Of a stretch of DNA of 64,000 nt, positions 1 to 12,174 are shown piece after piece (positions within the stretch are counted from its first letter, which is position 1; every line of letters starts with the position of its first letter). The notes beneath the pieces are model-generated. The model was not told the origin of the DNA. It did no database searches and saw nothing but the letters and a program-made list of their open reading frames with translations. Origin of the DNA: Trichosphaerium sp. ATCC 40318 (taxonomy: Eukaryota; Protista; Tubulinea); contig JALMLS010000531.1 of NCBI GenBank assembly GCA_038496445.1, positions 124,001-188,000 on the forward strand. The letters are read 5' to 3'. A program made the position numbers and the translations under genes.

Positions 1-1729
1 AAGCAGTAAGTGAAGTACCTCCATTATGTATTAACTAATAACATGATTTAGCCTGTACCAAAATCATCGGCTCCTGCTACTCCTGGAACCTTTAAAGTAC
101 AGCTTAGAGCCACGCCAAACGCTGCTGTACGTAAAAACCCACCTAAAGCCAATGTACCTTCTTGGGTTGCCAAGAAAGGAGCATGTGGCTTAAAGAAGCG
201 AAACTTTAAAGGACCACCAGTCAACCGCTTTGGAAAAGGCGCTAAGAAAGGTTGGGGTGGTAAGAAGCGCCCATTGAAGGCGGGTAGATATGGAAAGAAG
301 AGAGGACCAGGTCCTTATAAGAAAGGTTTTGCTAAATTCCGCGCTGGAAAAAAGAAGCAGTTGAATAGATTTGGTCAGCCAAAGGCTCCACCACCTTGGG
401 CAAAACGACCTGTTAAGCGACCTCCAAAGAAGAACAATGGAGGCGCAAGGGTGCCACTAAGTGGCTTGCGTCCGGTCAGACCGAACAAACCAGCTCCTAC
501 ATCGCCTAGGAGTAGAAATCAAAAAGCTACTCCTGAATTTTCGGCCAGCGTAAACGCTGGTGTACCTGCACCAAATCCTGCTGTAGAAGGGCTTAATAAG
601 CCAGTAGTAGTTAGTACAACATCTAAAGGTGTTGATTTATCGAATGAGGATATGATAGAACCTACTACGAGCACAACACCTACAATACCTAAGAAAAGGT
701 TCTTGGGGAAGCTTAGACAGTCTGTTACAACGTCACAAGCAGCACAAGCTGAAGAAGCTTCAGGCGGTTCTGATGTTGCAGGACAGATGTCTTCTTTGGC
801 TAAAGCTGGCACTCCGGCACCTAGTGCTACAGTGAACTGGGATGAGGATGAGAGTTATAGCGACTTGCAGAAACAAGAAGAGGAAGCAGATAGGAAACGT
901 ATGGGCGGTTTGAATGCTGATAAGATGGCTATCATCGCTGAGATGCAAAGAGCTGGTGAAATTGAGCTTAAAGATGCTTCAGACGATGAACATAATTGGT
1001 CTGGAGATGAGAAAGATGATACGGCTGTAAATAGAGGTATGCGAAGCAAATGTTTTTTGTTCAGATCTTTTGACGATGTTTTTTTTCTTGGATTATTCTT
1101 TATTGTTTTTTTTCCGTTTCTGTTGCTCAAGTTTTTGTTCTTAGATGACGATAAAGTTGGGTTAAAGGATGTTGCTAACAGGATAAAGAATATCAAAATT
1201 AGTAATCCATTGGGTAAAGAGCAGTATCATGAGCACACTGGTATGTGAACACTCAATTTTTTTCTTTGCTTTCGTTAGTTGTAAGTTTTAATGATTTGAC
1301 ATTTTGTTTGTTTTAGATGCTGAGCTTCAAGAAATGACGTTAATGCAACTCCTAAAAGTTGCTAAACATCTAAAGATATCGACTGATACAATGGAGGATA
1401 AAGTGACTATTATAGGCGCTATATCAAAGAGACAAGCTGAAATCGCTGCTGAAGAGCAAGGACAAGGTGGAGGTGAAACAATAGAAGTGAAGAAGAAGCG
1501 TAGACTTTCTGCTAGATTGAATCGTATGTCCTTACTTTTTTTTTTGGGTTTTTGTTTATGTTGTAACTTCTTCATAGCTAAGAATGTATTTTCTCAAAAA
1601 GCTCAGCCTCAAAGTAATAATACACCTCAACCTTCTAGTACAAGTGAGAGTCCTACTCATGGTCATAAGAAAAAGAAGAAAAAGTGGACTAATAGTATAA
1701 AGAAGTTGAGCAAAGTCAACAAAAAGTAA
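1..1729 (+). CDS. 3' part of a multi-exon gene: basic Lys/Pro/Gly-rich region, acidic region and a small Rho_N/HeH-like helical module near the C-terminus
   Basis: ORFs 274-1248 and 1304-1729 join through GT-AG introns (donors near 1037, 1241, 1524). ELQEMTLMQLLKVAKHLKIS...KVTIIGAI resembles a Rho-N/HeH motif. Stop TAA at 1727-1729; 5' end is outside the window. Confidence 0.55.
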
Positions 1730-2057
1730 GATTAAAGTTAAAAAAACTTTATCCTTACCCCAATAAAAAAATGTACCATAATTTAAATCACGTTAAACAA
1801 GACCTATCGTGGGTCACCAATAGCTCTTAAGCACGACATTAGTGGTAACTCACAGTTCCTAAAGCTAGCTTCATTCTATTGCATTTTCCAGTTTTTTTGT
1901 GTCAATAAATGCCAAAGTCTAAAATAGTCACGTGTTTTAGTAAAACGCACTAGCGTACGTAAAGCAACTACTGCAAAAGTAATTTTACCTGTGTCGTGTT
2001 GTCTAGACTTGGTAAAGAACCATAAATTAGATTAAACAAGCGAGTTTCCATTTACCG

Positions 2058-5000
2058 ATGTGGTATCAAATATTCTTTTTGCTGTGTTTCTTTGTAGGTA
2101 CGGCGTAGTAAGTTTAGGTTTTTATGGAACCAATTAACGCTTTGCTAAAGTAGCCTCACTACAATTTGACGCGCCATTATTTAATCGTTATCACGAATCT
2201 AGTGGTTTATTTACTGGTGCTGCTTCGCTCACAGAACCACACATATCTGTGGGAACGATTGGTGGCGAGATTATGTATGCCTACGCAATAGAAGGTAACC
2301 TAGATATCTTTTACTGTGATTAAATAACTTGTTTTTTTAGAACCCTTGAATGTCATACCGTCTAAAGTGTATATCGCTGTTGCAACTCCAACAGGTAAGA
2401 AATGTAGCCTTTGGTACAGTTTTAAAAGACTGGACACTTTTTTTTTTGTTTTAAAAGCACGTGCTTCTTTGTTAAAAGTCAACAATTTCTAAGGTTAGCG
2501 CGTATTTGACCTGACAAACAGAAATAATTATCAAGCAAATGACTGTTAAAATTACCATTGTCCATGCACTATTAATACCGAATTTTACTCAATTTAGAGT
2601 TCTTCAATAGCAACGTTACACTATTGAGTATTGAAGGTGCCAAAAATCCCTACGTAGCTCCTTTCGTGGATGAGCTTATTGTGTTCTATGAAAGTAATAG
2701 TAGCCTCCAAGCTAATGTTTTCACAATGGTTAATGACAAGGTAAGTGTTTTTATTGCCCTCAATATTGTTAATACTGATATCCTTCTTTGTTATAGCTTG
2801 AATACTCAGGTGTTACATTAGTATTTGAAGAGAAACCTATTACTGAAAAAGCATTTCCAGAAAGTGGTAAAACAAAAAAAATACGCCAACAATATTGACA
2901 CGTACTTTTTTTAGGTGGTGCATTTGAGATATGGCAATATGCAAATCCGCTTTTGCCAGACAATCCTAGAAGCTTCTTTTTTTCGTTCATTGCTACTAGT
3001 TCAATAACACAACAGAAAAATGGTAAGACAGAAGCAAACTTGACGATCTTGTTTATTTACACACATAGTTATTGATCCTCCTCATAACTTTACGAGTCTA
3101 CAAACTGTCCCTCAATTTGAACGTCTTGGATTGAACTGTTTCTTAACAGCAACATTTACTGACGTCAATGGCGATATAACTTTTACTCTTGGTGATCCTG
3201 AACAAGTAAGTACACTTAGAAAATAGTGTTACTATTTCTTGTTTCTTTCTTATTTTTTTCCTTCTTCTAGATCACAACGCCTGACACAAAGAACGTCACT
3301 GTTGGCTCAATAACTTTAAAGTTTATCGTTACAGCTATTAATACAGAAAGAAAAGAGTTGCTTCTTGGTGTTGTAGATACTAATGAAAGGATAACGTTGT
3401 ATCAGTTCGATTATACAGATGTTTGTTCGACAATGAATATAAGCAACTTGATACAATTTTCTGGACAACCGTTACAACTCACAACAGGGAGCGGTACTGT
3501 TCAGATACTTAGAATACTATCTGCTGGCTTAGTATATCCGAGTGTTGCATTCACCATAATAACAAATGATGGGGATGAGACTGTGTTTACAGCATATGTA
3601 CGACTACCTTTTCTTTATTACTTTTTTTCCCCTCTGTATCAATCTCGTTAACAAAAATACACAAACAGTTTGGGGGTTACCAAACTAGTATTCTTTTTAT
3701 TTACGAACTTGAATTGATCATGATAATCAAACGCACAATAATGTCCATACTAACGATATGAACAATGCTATAGGGAGATGGTGCTATTATTGGCCAAGAA
3801 GAAAAGTACCTTCAAAGCGACACACCACTAATACTTGAAGCAGTTTGGGATAACCAAAATAACCGCACTATTGTATGTGAAATTAAAGATATAATTACTA
3901 AACACATAGTTTTAGGTAGTAACACAATCATCTTCCAACTCACAAATTATGTTCCATGAGCCCGTTCCCCTTATTCCTCCACCAACCACTATGCCTTCAA
4001 CATCTCCGCCAATTTCGATACCATCCACCATCAGCCCGAGTGAGCCATCAATTACTCCTACCGAAGCACTACCACCAAGTATATTTCCAAGAGTAAGAAG
4101 ATTTGCTTTAAACAAAAAAATCTTTTAAAATACTAAATTCTTGTTAACAAACATGGCTTAGATTAAGCCACGTGTTGATTGTGTTGAGAAAATAAATGAT
4201 ACAAGCTTCGTAGCAATACTTGGATGGGAAACACCAGTACGTGATTAAAGATAAAAAAAATCCTCAAAAATCACGTGATATAGTATCTCAAGATGATATT
4301 TTTTTATCCTTAAAGTAACGTATCTAATGCTTGTTAAAGGAGTCATTTATTGAAGTCACTAACGGAGCAAATAATAGATGGTCAAGACCATTGGAACCCA
4401 AACCAATGGTGATGTTTAATCCAACTCCTGGATTCTATCCTAGCCCTGGTTTGTTTCGTTTTGAGTTTGATGGTATCACCACATCTTGGATTCTTGGCAG
4501 TGGCACAGTACCTTTCAAAGGAAACGATCCTAGAACAGAATGCATAAAAAACGGCAAACTTTAACTTTATTCTCAGTTTTTTCTGATTTTGTTGATTATT
4601 TCTTAGAGGCTTCGCTTGCTATGACTGTTTCAAACCCGTTCCCTTTATCTGATAGCACCATAAGCGATATTTCTTTGGAACTATCAAAATCATTGGGTGT
4701 AGATATAGCAAACTTAAACGTAGCACAAACGGAAGATCAAGGAAAACGTCAGACAAGCACAACAGTAACAGTAACAATTACAGGTTTAGTAATTGTTTTG
4801 AAAAATAATATTTACCATGACCACTAGATAATGGAGGTGTTGAGCCTACAGACATAGTTATAGATTTCCTTGGTAATGACGAAATAGTCCAGACAACAGT
4901 AAAGAATCTTAATGACAACAATCAAATACAAGTCGAGGTACAAAACCATCAACAAAAAAAGAGTTCCTTCAGCAAAAAATCAATTAATGAGACTATAGGG

Positions 5001-5198
5001 TATACAAACGCCAGAACCACCTACCCTTACACAATCTACGGATAGAACAATAGAAACTAGTGGACAAATACCAAAAACATTATCACTACTCCTAATTTTG
5101 GGTTCGAGTTTGTTTTTGTCTTTCAGTTTGTTTTTTGGCTAACATTAGTTTTCATAGGTACTTTGTATTTATACCTTCAATTCAATTTTAAAATATAG
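2058..5198 (+). CDS. Secreted or GPI-type surface protein with Pro/Ser/Thr linker (multi-exon)
   Basis: Signal-peptide-like start MWYQIFFLLCFFV-VAS; exons match ORFs 2624-2821, 3358-3651, 4331-4564, 4540-4827; PST linker at ~3960-4090; hydrophobic C-terminus TSGQIPKTLSLLLILGTLYLYL. Confidence 0.6.
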
Positions 5199-6520
5199 CA
5201 AAAACAATTATTTAAAGTCTACCATGCACTTATCACGAAAAAAATACACCACTTGTACCAAATAAATCGTTGATACAAACAAACAACTTGAAGATTCTGG
5301 ATTACACTTTAAAGTTCGGTTAATAATAAACGCGCAATGTTGTAATACTAAAGATTATTTCAAAGATTGAGAAAAAAGTGAAACAACATAAGCCTCAGAC
5401 CATCTGAAAGCATTGATCAATTAGCACACTTTATACATGTCACTGGTTTTATGATTTAAAATCAAAGTATACTCTTTCTTTTTGATTGATTTCAGAAAAT
5501 TCTCGTGACTGCCATATTAAAAAAAAACAAAAAAAAGAGGGATCATCACTTGCAACGGAATGTCGGTACTTGAGGTCCGTTTTCCGGTAGTAGGTTTTGT
5601 AACGCACCCGTTGCAGAGTAATTTTGAAGCCTTCCCTTGGCGACTGCGGAGTATACAGACCCCACGGCTGTCATAGCTATTTTGCAATGTACTCAGACCT
5701 CTTGCCGTTTGCACAATTGCAATCCTTCTACTAGCAGGAATGCCGTCCTGTTGGCGGTTGTTGAATTGAGTTATGCTTTAACCAGCTATACCCATGTTCC
5801 CCACTAGCAAATAAAATCGAAAATGCTTTTATTGTTGGATATTTTGATCAAAAGTAAATTGTGGTATTCCATATTTTGCTTAAAAAACAATCAAATAGCG
5901 TCCAAACGGTACTACAGACACTCATGGAGCGTTTTGAGACTAGTACAAGCAAGTCGAAACCACATTTAATGAGCGTGAAGTATTGAAGTATTCGGAAGAT
6001 CTTCCAAACCTTCTTGAAATTTACTCTACATCTCTATAAATCATCTCAGATAGTTATTGGCGTAACTGCAGGCGTGTTTATAAATCGTTTTAACTTGTCT
6101 ATGGCAACTTAAATCAGTGAAATTTAAGACTTGCGATTTAGCTAAAACGGGCAATTTATTATTGTTGTAAGTATTTACTAGCAGTGTTGATGGCTTACAT
6201 CAACTACACAGTACTAAGGCGTGAAATAGTGAACGCAGTGCAATGTCGATTATGTATAAACTAAACGTCACTATAATACCATGTGATTAGTTCTCTACCA
6301 CGTAAACAATGCTGTGAACGCGTTCAAAAACACGAAGGAATTACACCAACCCCAGATCAGCAGTTTTTCGGCAATTTACAACGCCGTTATTGTTCAAGAG
6401 GGGTTAATTGTACGTTTTACTTGTTGCCTAGCTCTCGCCAAAAACACACGTGAAATTAAAACTGCTGACCGCGGGATTTTTAGACTCCTTTTTTTTTGCA
6501 GAATTTTTCTACTCTACAAA

Positions 6521-6877
6521 ATGCTTGAAGCTGTTGTTAGCTTTTTTCGCCGCCATTTAAGCTCAAAACAACGTGCAACTCGCGTAGTAAAGACACACAA
6601 ATTTAAACGAAGGATACAATTATCTATACGGCGCCCTAGTATGCGAGACCATAAACCTGTACATCAAGTTCAAAGCAAGTGGAGTACATTGAATCTAAAA
6701 CATCACATTAAATGGGCTGACGAGTGTAACAGACCCTTGACAGAGGTTATTTGTGAAGGTTATCCAAGAGCTGAGAAACGCAGCCGAGAAGATCTTTTCA
6801 ATATCTCACAAGAATGGCTAGAGGAGGAAGAAATGCTGTGGAACAGTCAACTAAACCCTTGTCATTCATTCTGTTGA
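6521..6877 (+). CDS. Small intronless basic protein (118 aa) with a possible PP1-docking RVxF-type motif (HIKWAD)
   Basis: ATG at 6521 in AAAATG context within ORF 6314-6877; no recognisable domain beyond the motif. Confidence 0.4.
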   Translation: MLEAVVSFFRRHLSSKQRATRVVKTHKFKRRIQLSIRRPSMRDHKPVHQVQSKWSTLNLKHHIKWADECNRPLTEVICEGYPRAEKRSREDLFNISQEWLEEEEMLWNSQLNPCHSFC

Positions 6878-7149
6878 GTTTGTCAACGACAAACCACTAT
6901 TTACAACATTCAAGTTTAGCCAGTCTCATATCATTCATTACCAGTGTTCCTTGTCAAGCGACTGCCTTTTGCACTATTCATAATAAAAGACTTCAACTAC
7001 GCGCAAAAAGCATTTAACTAGTAGTAATGTTTTGTTTTATTGTACAATTTGAGAGGACGAATACACTGAGTGCAGTGGTAGTGAAAAAAATTCTAGTCTC
7101 AACGATGATGAGAAGAGAATGCTGCTTGAAACTTATCATAAAAAATAGC

Positions 7150-8536
7150 TACATTTTTAGCACCATTTACATCACCTTCCTTTAGTTTCTTGTTGAACAA
7201 GTACTTTGAGTTCTCCCATCGTTCATATAAGTACTTTGTTATCATATACCTCTTATACTCTGCTTGTGTGCCTCCTGCACGGAATGGAGCTATAGTAGGC
7301 GGAGCTGGCCTTCAAGAAAGATCAGAAATTAAAATATCGCAGAAAATTCATTTTTTTTAGAATCGTACATTTGTAAGTCACCCACAAGCTCTCTTGCTTT
7401 GTTGAGCATATCCAAATCTATCCATACGTTTAGGAAGAAAAATAACAAAGACTAAAGCCACAAAGAAACAGGTACATACCATCATCACCAACTCGTGTTG
7501 AAAATCGTCCGCGTCTACCTGAAGAAGCTCTTTGCTGCATTTCTTGTATAACACGGACATAATTAGATGGTACTAAACCTGTTCTACCAGATAAATAGCC
7601 GATCCACCAATCCTAAAACATGAGATTAACAAACTGAGTAAAGTAAGAATAAAAATCGAAGATTCTTTGCGGAATCATTTTTTCTACAACTGAACGGCAC
7701 GTAAAAATACTGGGTGGGTTTTAAAATAATAGGTTTCAACTCCTATGCAGTATTAAAAATGCTCACCCCGGGTTTATCGATGATAGATATGATATCTCCT
7801 TTCTTAAACGAAAGATCATCTGCTTGACCTCCTTGGAAGCTATGAAGCGCTTGAGCCTTACATAATATGGAATCCTTTAACCAGTCTGGCTCAGCTGGAG
7901 CTGCAACCTTTCTTTTAGTCAATTTGGCTCCCTATAAAGTGTCAAAAAAGTGAGTAATTCTGATACCAAAAGATTTACGTGTCAGTACAAAAAAATATTA
8001 TGAAATGGGTATTATTTGTTAGCGTGTTAACAACGCGCAGTACCTTAGGCGCAGCAGGTAGGCTGTTTAGCTCTTGTTTCAATTTAGCTTGCTGTCTCTG
8101 TGCTTCAGCTATTTGTTGTCTTATTTGCTCATTTGCTGATTCTAGTTGTGAGTGTTGTTGTGAGCCACCTATTGACATTAGTACAGCTGGTTTGTTTATG
8201 TCGTTCACAATTGTGTGAAAATGTACCTGATCCTCCTGACGCTGCGTCCTTCATTTGTTTCTATGTTTCTGTAAGGATAGAACGGTACAGCGTGCGCAAG
8301 CGCAAAGCTTGATAAAAAAACCAACTTACTTGTAAAGCTTTGCCTGTCGCGGACTCGTCAGCTACTTGTTGTAAAGTGTCAGCTAATTGTTTCTTCAGTG
8401 CTTGAATTTCTCTTTTTACTGTGTTATTATTGTTTTGGATGATGGGTAATCGCCGTGAGTCCTCTCTGAGCTGTCTAACGACTGTTATGCTGATAATCGC
8501 AAGTAGCAAGACTTACCGAACGTAGGGAGTCTCCAT
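7150..8536 (-). CDS. Coiled-coil plus SH3 domain protein (multi-exon; 3' end approximate)
   Basis: Spliced translation gives KAQALHSFQGGQADDLSFKKGDIISIIDK...WWIGYLSGRTGLVPSNYV (classic SH3); Gln-rich coiled coil in ORFs 7975-8208 and 8261-8509. Confidence 0.85.
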
Positions 8537-8658
8537 CACGCTATTTTAAATAAATTCAGGCTATACAATGCGTAATGGGTACAGAAAAATGAAAATGTGA
8601 AAGCCACTTAGTTTAAGTTGGCTCGGTCAGCAGTTCAAAGTGATTATACAATAAGACG

Positions 8659-9578
8659 ATGAAAGCAAGTGTAAAAGCGTCAAAAGCTTCAAAAGCTTCA
8701 CAAAACGTGTTTTGCTGCTCTCTTTCGGGTATACTCAGTATGGCTGCCTACAAAACGTTTACTACGCGTGTGTGCGCTTTAAGCGTAGGATACTCTGGTA
8801 TAACGTACAATACAATGCTTTCAGTTTTAGTGGATTCCTCACCAGTAACAGGTGCTTAATTTCGCATTTACCCGTCTTAATGCTTACTGGGGCGTGTATT
8901 TACGTATCTTAGCGCCAAAAGTGACTGTATTTGAAATTAAAGAAGATGCAGACCCAACACAGCGCATGTGGTACAAACGGTTCAAATTGTAGCATGTCAT
9001 TTAATTTTTAAACTCGTAGGATACTGGAATACCGTGGTAACTCGCTGATGCGACGAACGCTTGAATGCAACTGTGAAAACATAATAAGAACAAAAGTTAC
9101 GTCAAATATCATCCCATCACTCAGCACCCTCGGATACAGGTACGTTTATCCAACACGTACAGCACTGTGACACCTACAAGGTTAGAACATAAGTATGCTG
9201 AACGGCGCACGCAATATACACTTGAAGCAGACACGAAACCAGGCGAAAAACGTCACATGTATCATATAGAAGTAGCCCAACCATTAGAAGGCTCAACCAA
9301 AGCAGCAAATGCCAACGGAAAACCACCACATCTGTACGAAAATATTTAATTTTTTAATGTGATTTTTGACACTTCTATTCTTTAAGACGCGTTACTTTGT
9401 TTTGTCACTGCAAAGAAGACGAAATAGCGTCAGTGTCTAAAAACTTACACAAATTCAGAAGGCGATTTACACCGTACGTATTGTGCATTTGGTTTGGCAA
9501 GATCTACAATACAAAAACCTAATCATTGTTTTTTGCAGGTTAATCGAGTTTAAAAAACAGAAACGCACTGTTGCATAA
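8659..9578 (+). CDS. MED18: Probable Mediator subunit 18-like protein
   Basis: Spliced product FCCSLSGIL...WILEYRG...VTSNIIPSLSTLGYRLEHKY...VSKNLHKFRRRFTPLIEFKK follows the Med18 pattern and size; recognised by eye only. Confidence 0.5.
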
Positions 9579-9794
9579 CACGAACTCATTCAAAAACAAT
9601 GTACAAAGAAAACCATAAAAAGAATGAAAAATTACACCTTCAGCGATATCTTTAACTTGTTGTTGCACGTGATAATTTAAGTACCCGTAATAAAATAAGT
9701 GATGTCAGTACGTATGTGTACCCTTACGCGTTTATCATAAGCTTTGAAGAAGTCCTTGCTATTCTCATAAAAAATAAAGACTAATAGTGTAACC

Positions 9795-10353
9795 ATGAAC
9801 GTCATATTTCTCGACATTGATGGTGTGCTGGTTCTGAAGAGAGGCAAATTCGAACCGAAATGTTTGCGGTACTTGAAAAAGATTGCAACCGTTACAAAAG
9901 CCAAAGTCGTTCTAAGCTCATCTTGGCGGTGCGTCTTCAGCAACTGAGCACTAATTGTAACGATTGGATAGTTTGTTTCCTGATTCTGTACGACAAGTGC
10001 GCGAGCAGTTACAACAACACGCAGGCACTGAGATTGTCGGTCTAACACCTAGCAGTGCCAATGGTTTGGACAGAGCGAAAGAAATATTACAATGGCTCTC
10101 CGAGAATAGACGTGATGCACCATTGCTCGAACGCACATTAAAATGGGTTCGTAGTTTGTTTTAGTGCCCACTAAGAGTTTCAACCAGGTTGCGCTTGATG
10201 ATGCGTATTTGGGCTATAATAAGGAAGTAAAAGAACATTTCGTACATGTTGATGCCACTACAGGTCTTACTGCGGAAGATGCAGATAAAGTACTATAACC
10301 TCGTGGTGCTTGCTCTAACCGTTTTCTAGGCCATAGCAATACTTTCTTTGTGA
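9795..10353 (+). CDS. HAD-superfamily phosphatase, HAD_SAK_2 (Swiss Army Knife RNA-repair-like) type
   Basis: MNVIFLDIDGVL (motif I), VVLSSSWR (motif II), RAKEILQWL, WVALDD (motif IV) and VHVDATTGLT, across 3 introns. Confidence 0.8.
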
Positions 10354-10528
10354 CTTTAATTGTAAAACTTATAAATTGTGTTTGTGGCGCATAAACTTGT
10401 TATGTAGTGACTAATTCTGGTGTTTTTATCGTTATTGGTAAATATTGAACCAAGCTGGACTAACTTCTTCAACGCAAGTAATTTTTAGGCATAATCTTAT
10501 TCATCTTTTACAGCGCGAGTGGGGAAAC

Positions 10529-11805
10529 ATGTTTTTGCGCGTTACCAACAGGAGGTTAGTGGCGCCACGCACAAAAACGATGTGCCCAACCCGTACTTCA
10601 GTGCGGTCATTCTTACGGGTAGCTGGCAAGGTACGCAGTCTATTAGTCAAGAACTAATGATTATTGTCAAAACAAACGATAAAACAGTACCAGACCCCTA
10701 ATGAAAGCTATAGAATAAAATTAGACGCTTAGATTGGCGTTATAAGGATGAAGAGAACATGTACATGCAAGGAGAGTATGAAGGCGACTACAACGAAGAG
10801 GAACAGCGCCACGGTAAAGGTTACATGAAGTGGGAAGATGGTTCTTGCTATGTTGGATCATGGTTCGAAGATTCTATGACAGGGAGCGGTATTCTTCGCT
10901 GGCCTTCGGGTTCAGTGTACACAGGAGAATTTTTGGAAGGTTTGAGAGTTGGTAAGGGAACATTTGTAGATGCCAAGGGCAATCGCTATCAAGGCATGTG
11001 GGAACACGATTTTATGCACGGACCAGACGCAATATTTACCAAACCAAACGGCGAGATTTACAGAGGACCATACGCAGATGGCGTAATGGAAGGAGAAGCA
11101 ACGTATGAGTATCCTACAGGCCGCATAATTCACGGTCTTTGGGACGACGGCAAATTAGTCAAAACGCGTTACATTACGTTTGCTAATGGCAAAAAAGTTA
11201 AATGGAGTGAATACTTAAAGGAAAAGAAGCAATATGATGATGCACCAGAGGTTTCAGAAGACGAACCTGGCCAATGGAAGAAGCACTTTTTCCGTCAATT
11301 GAACGGAGTCTACAGGGCTCGTTTAATAGACGTTTATCCAAAATATATGAGAAGCGCAGAAAGCAACCGCCAAAGGAAACCATCGAAGAACGAACGTATA
11401 TTGAGTGCAATGCACAAGGAAACAGTGAATCGCCATTCAGACGAGCTATGGAGTTTCTACAAGAAGCCAGAGGATGTAGGTCCAAACGAAGGGCCACAAG
11501 CATCTATGGATGGTGTACCTCCTGGCATGCCAGAGGGACCAAATTCTCGACCTGGTATGCCTGAAGATTTGCCTGACGGCATGCCACGCATGAGTGCTGA
11601 CACACCTGTCACGCAAGAAATGCAGATGAAGTTATTGGAGACTCTTGGTGATCCAGAAAAGGTCAAACAATTGCAAGGCATGTTGATTGACTCAGTCCGT
11701 ACGTACCTTAAAAGTTTAGCCTGTTTTTGGGAGTTTTTTTTTTGGCCACTTTTGATTTTATTTTGTTGACGTGTATGTTTAGCTGAATTGAAAGGAAAGA
11801 TTTAG
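10529..11805 (+). CDS. MORN-repeat protein with an Arg-rich, transit-peptide-like N-terminus and a Pro/Met-rich C-terminus
   Basis: ORF 10759-11769 has about 5 MORN repeats (YEGDY...RHGKGYMKWEDGSCYVGSW). Upstream exon MFLRVTNRRLVAPRTK...GK splices in frame; last exon ends at TAG 11803-11805. Confidence 0.8.
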
Positions 11806-12174
11806 AAGTGATATGCTATTGTTTGTTTTGAAAGTAACAACGCGTTGAAACTTTACGCTTTGGCTGTGCACTGTGTAGTTTTGTGATGTAAACATCTTTG
11901 TGAATAAAAATTTATTTTGACGGTTCGACGTTAACATAGATAGTACTGCTGAGCGAAGGTTGTTTCTTTTACATGAACATGCGGTAAATTTAGTGGAGTT
12001 TTTGGAATTTATTTATTTTACGCTTCAAGAAGCGTGTGGCGCCAAAAAAAAGCGCTCACATTCGCGGTTAAATAGAGTTGATGCGTTGTAGGCGGTGCTG
12101 GTTACGCTAGCAGCAGTACAATAACTTAACTCATCATTAACTTTCAGAATTCTGTAGACAAAAGCGTCACCGCA

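Noticed and set aside
2770-2800. ATATCCTT resembling a U12-type donor (similar at ~53765 and ~57762)
   Set aside because: These lie inside ordinary GT-AG introns, not at exon boundaries.
5968-5985. GAGCGTGAAG, matching U3 snoRNA box B
   Set aside because: No correctly placed boxes A, C or D around it.
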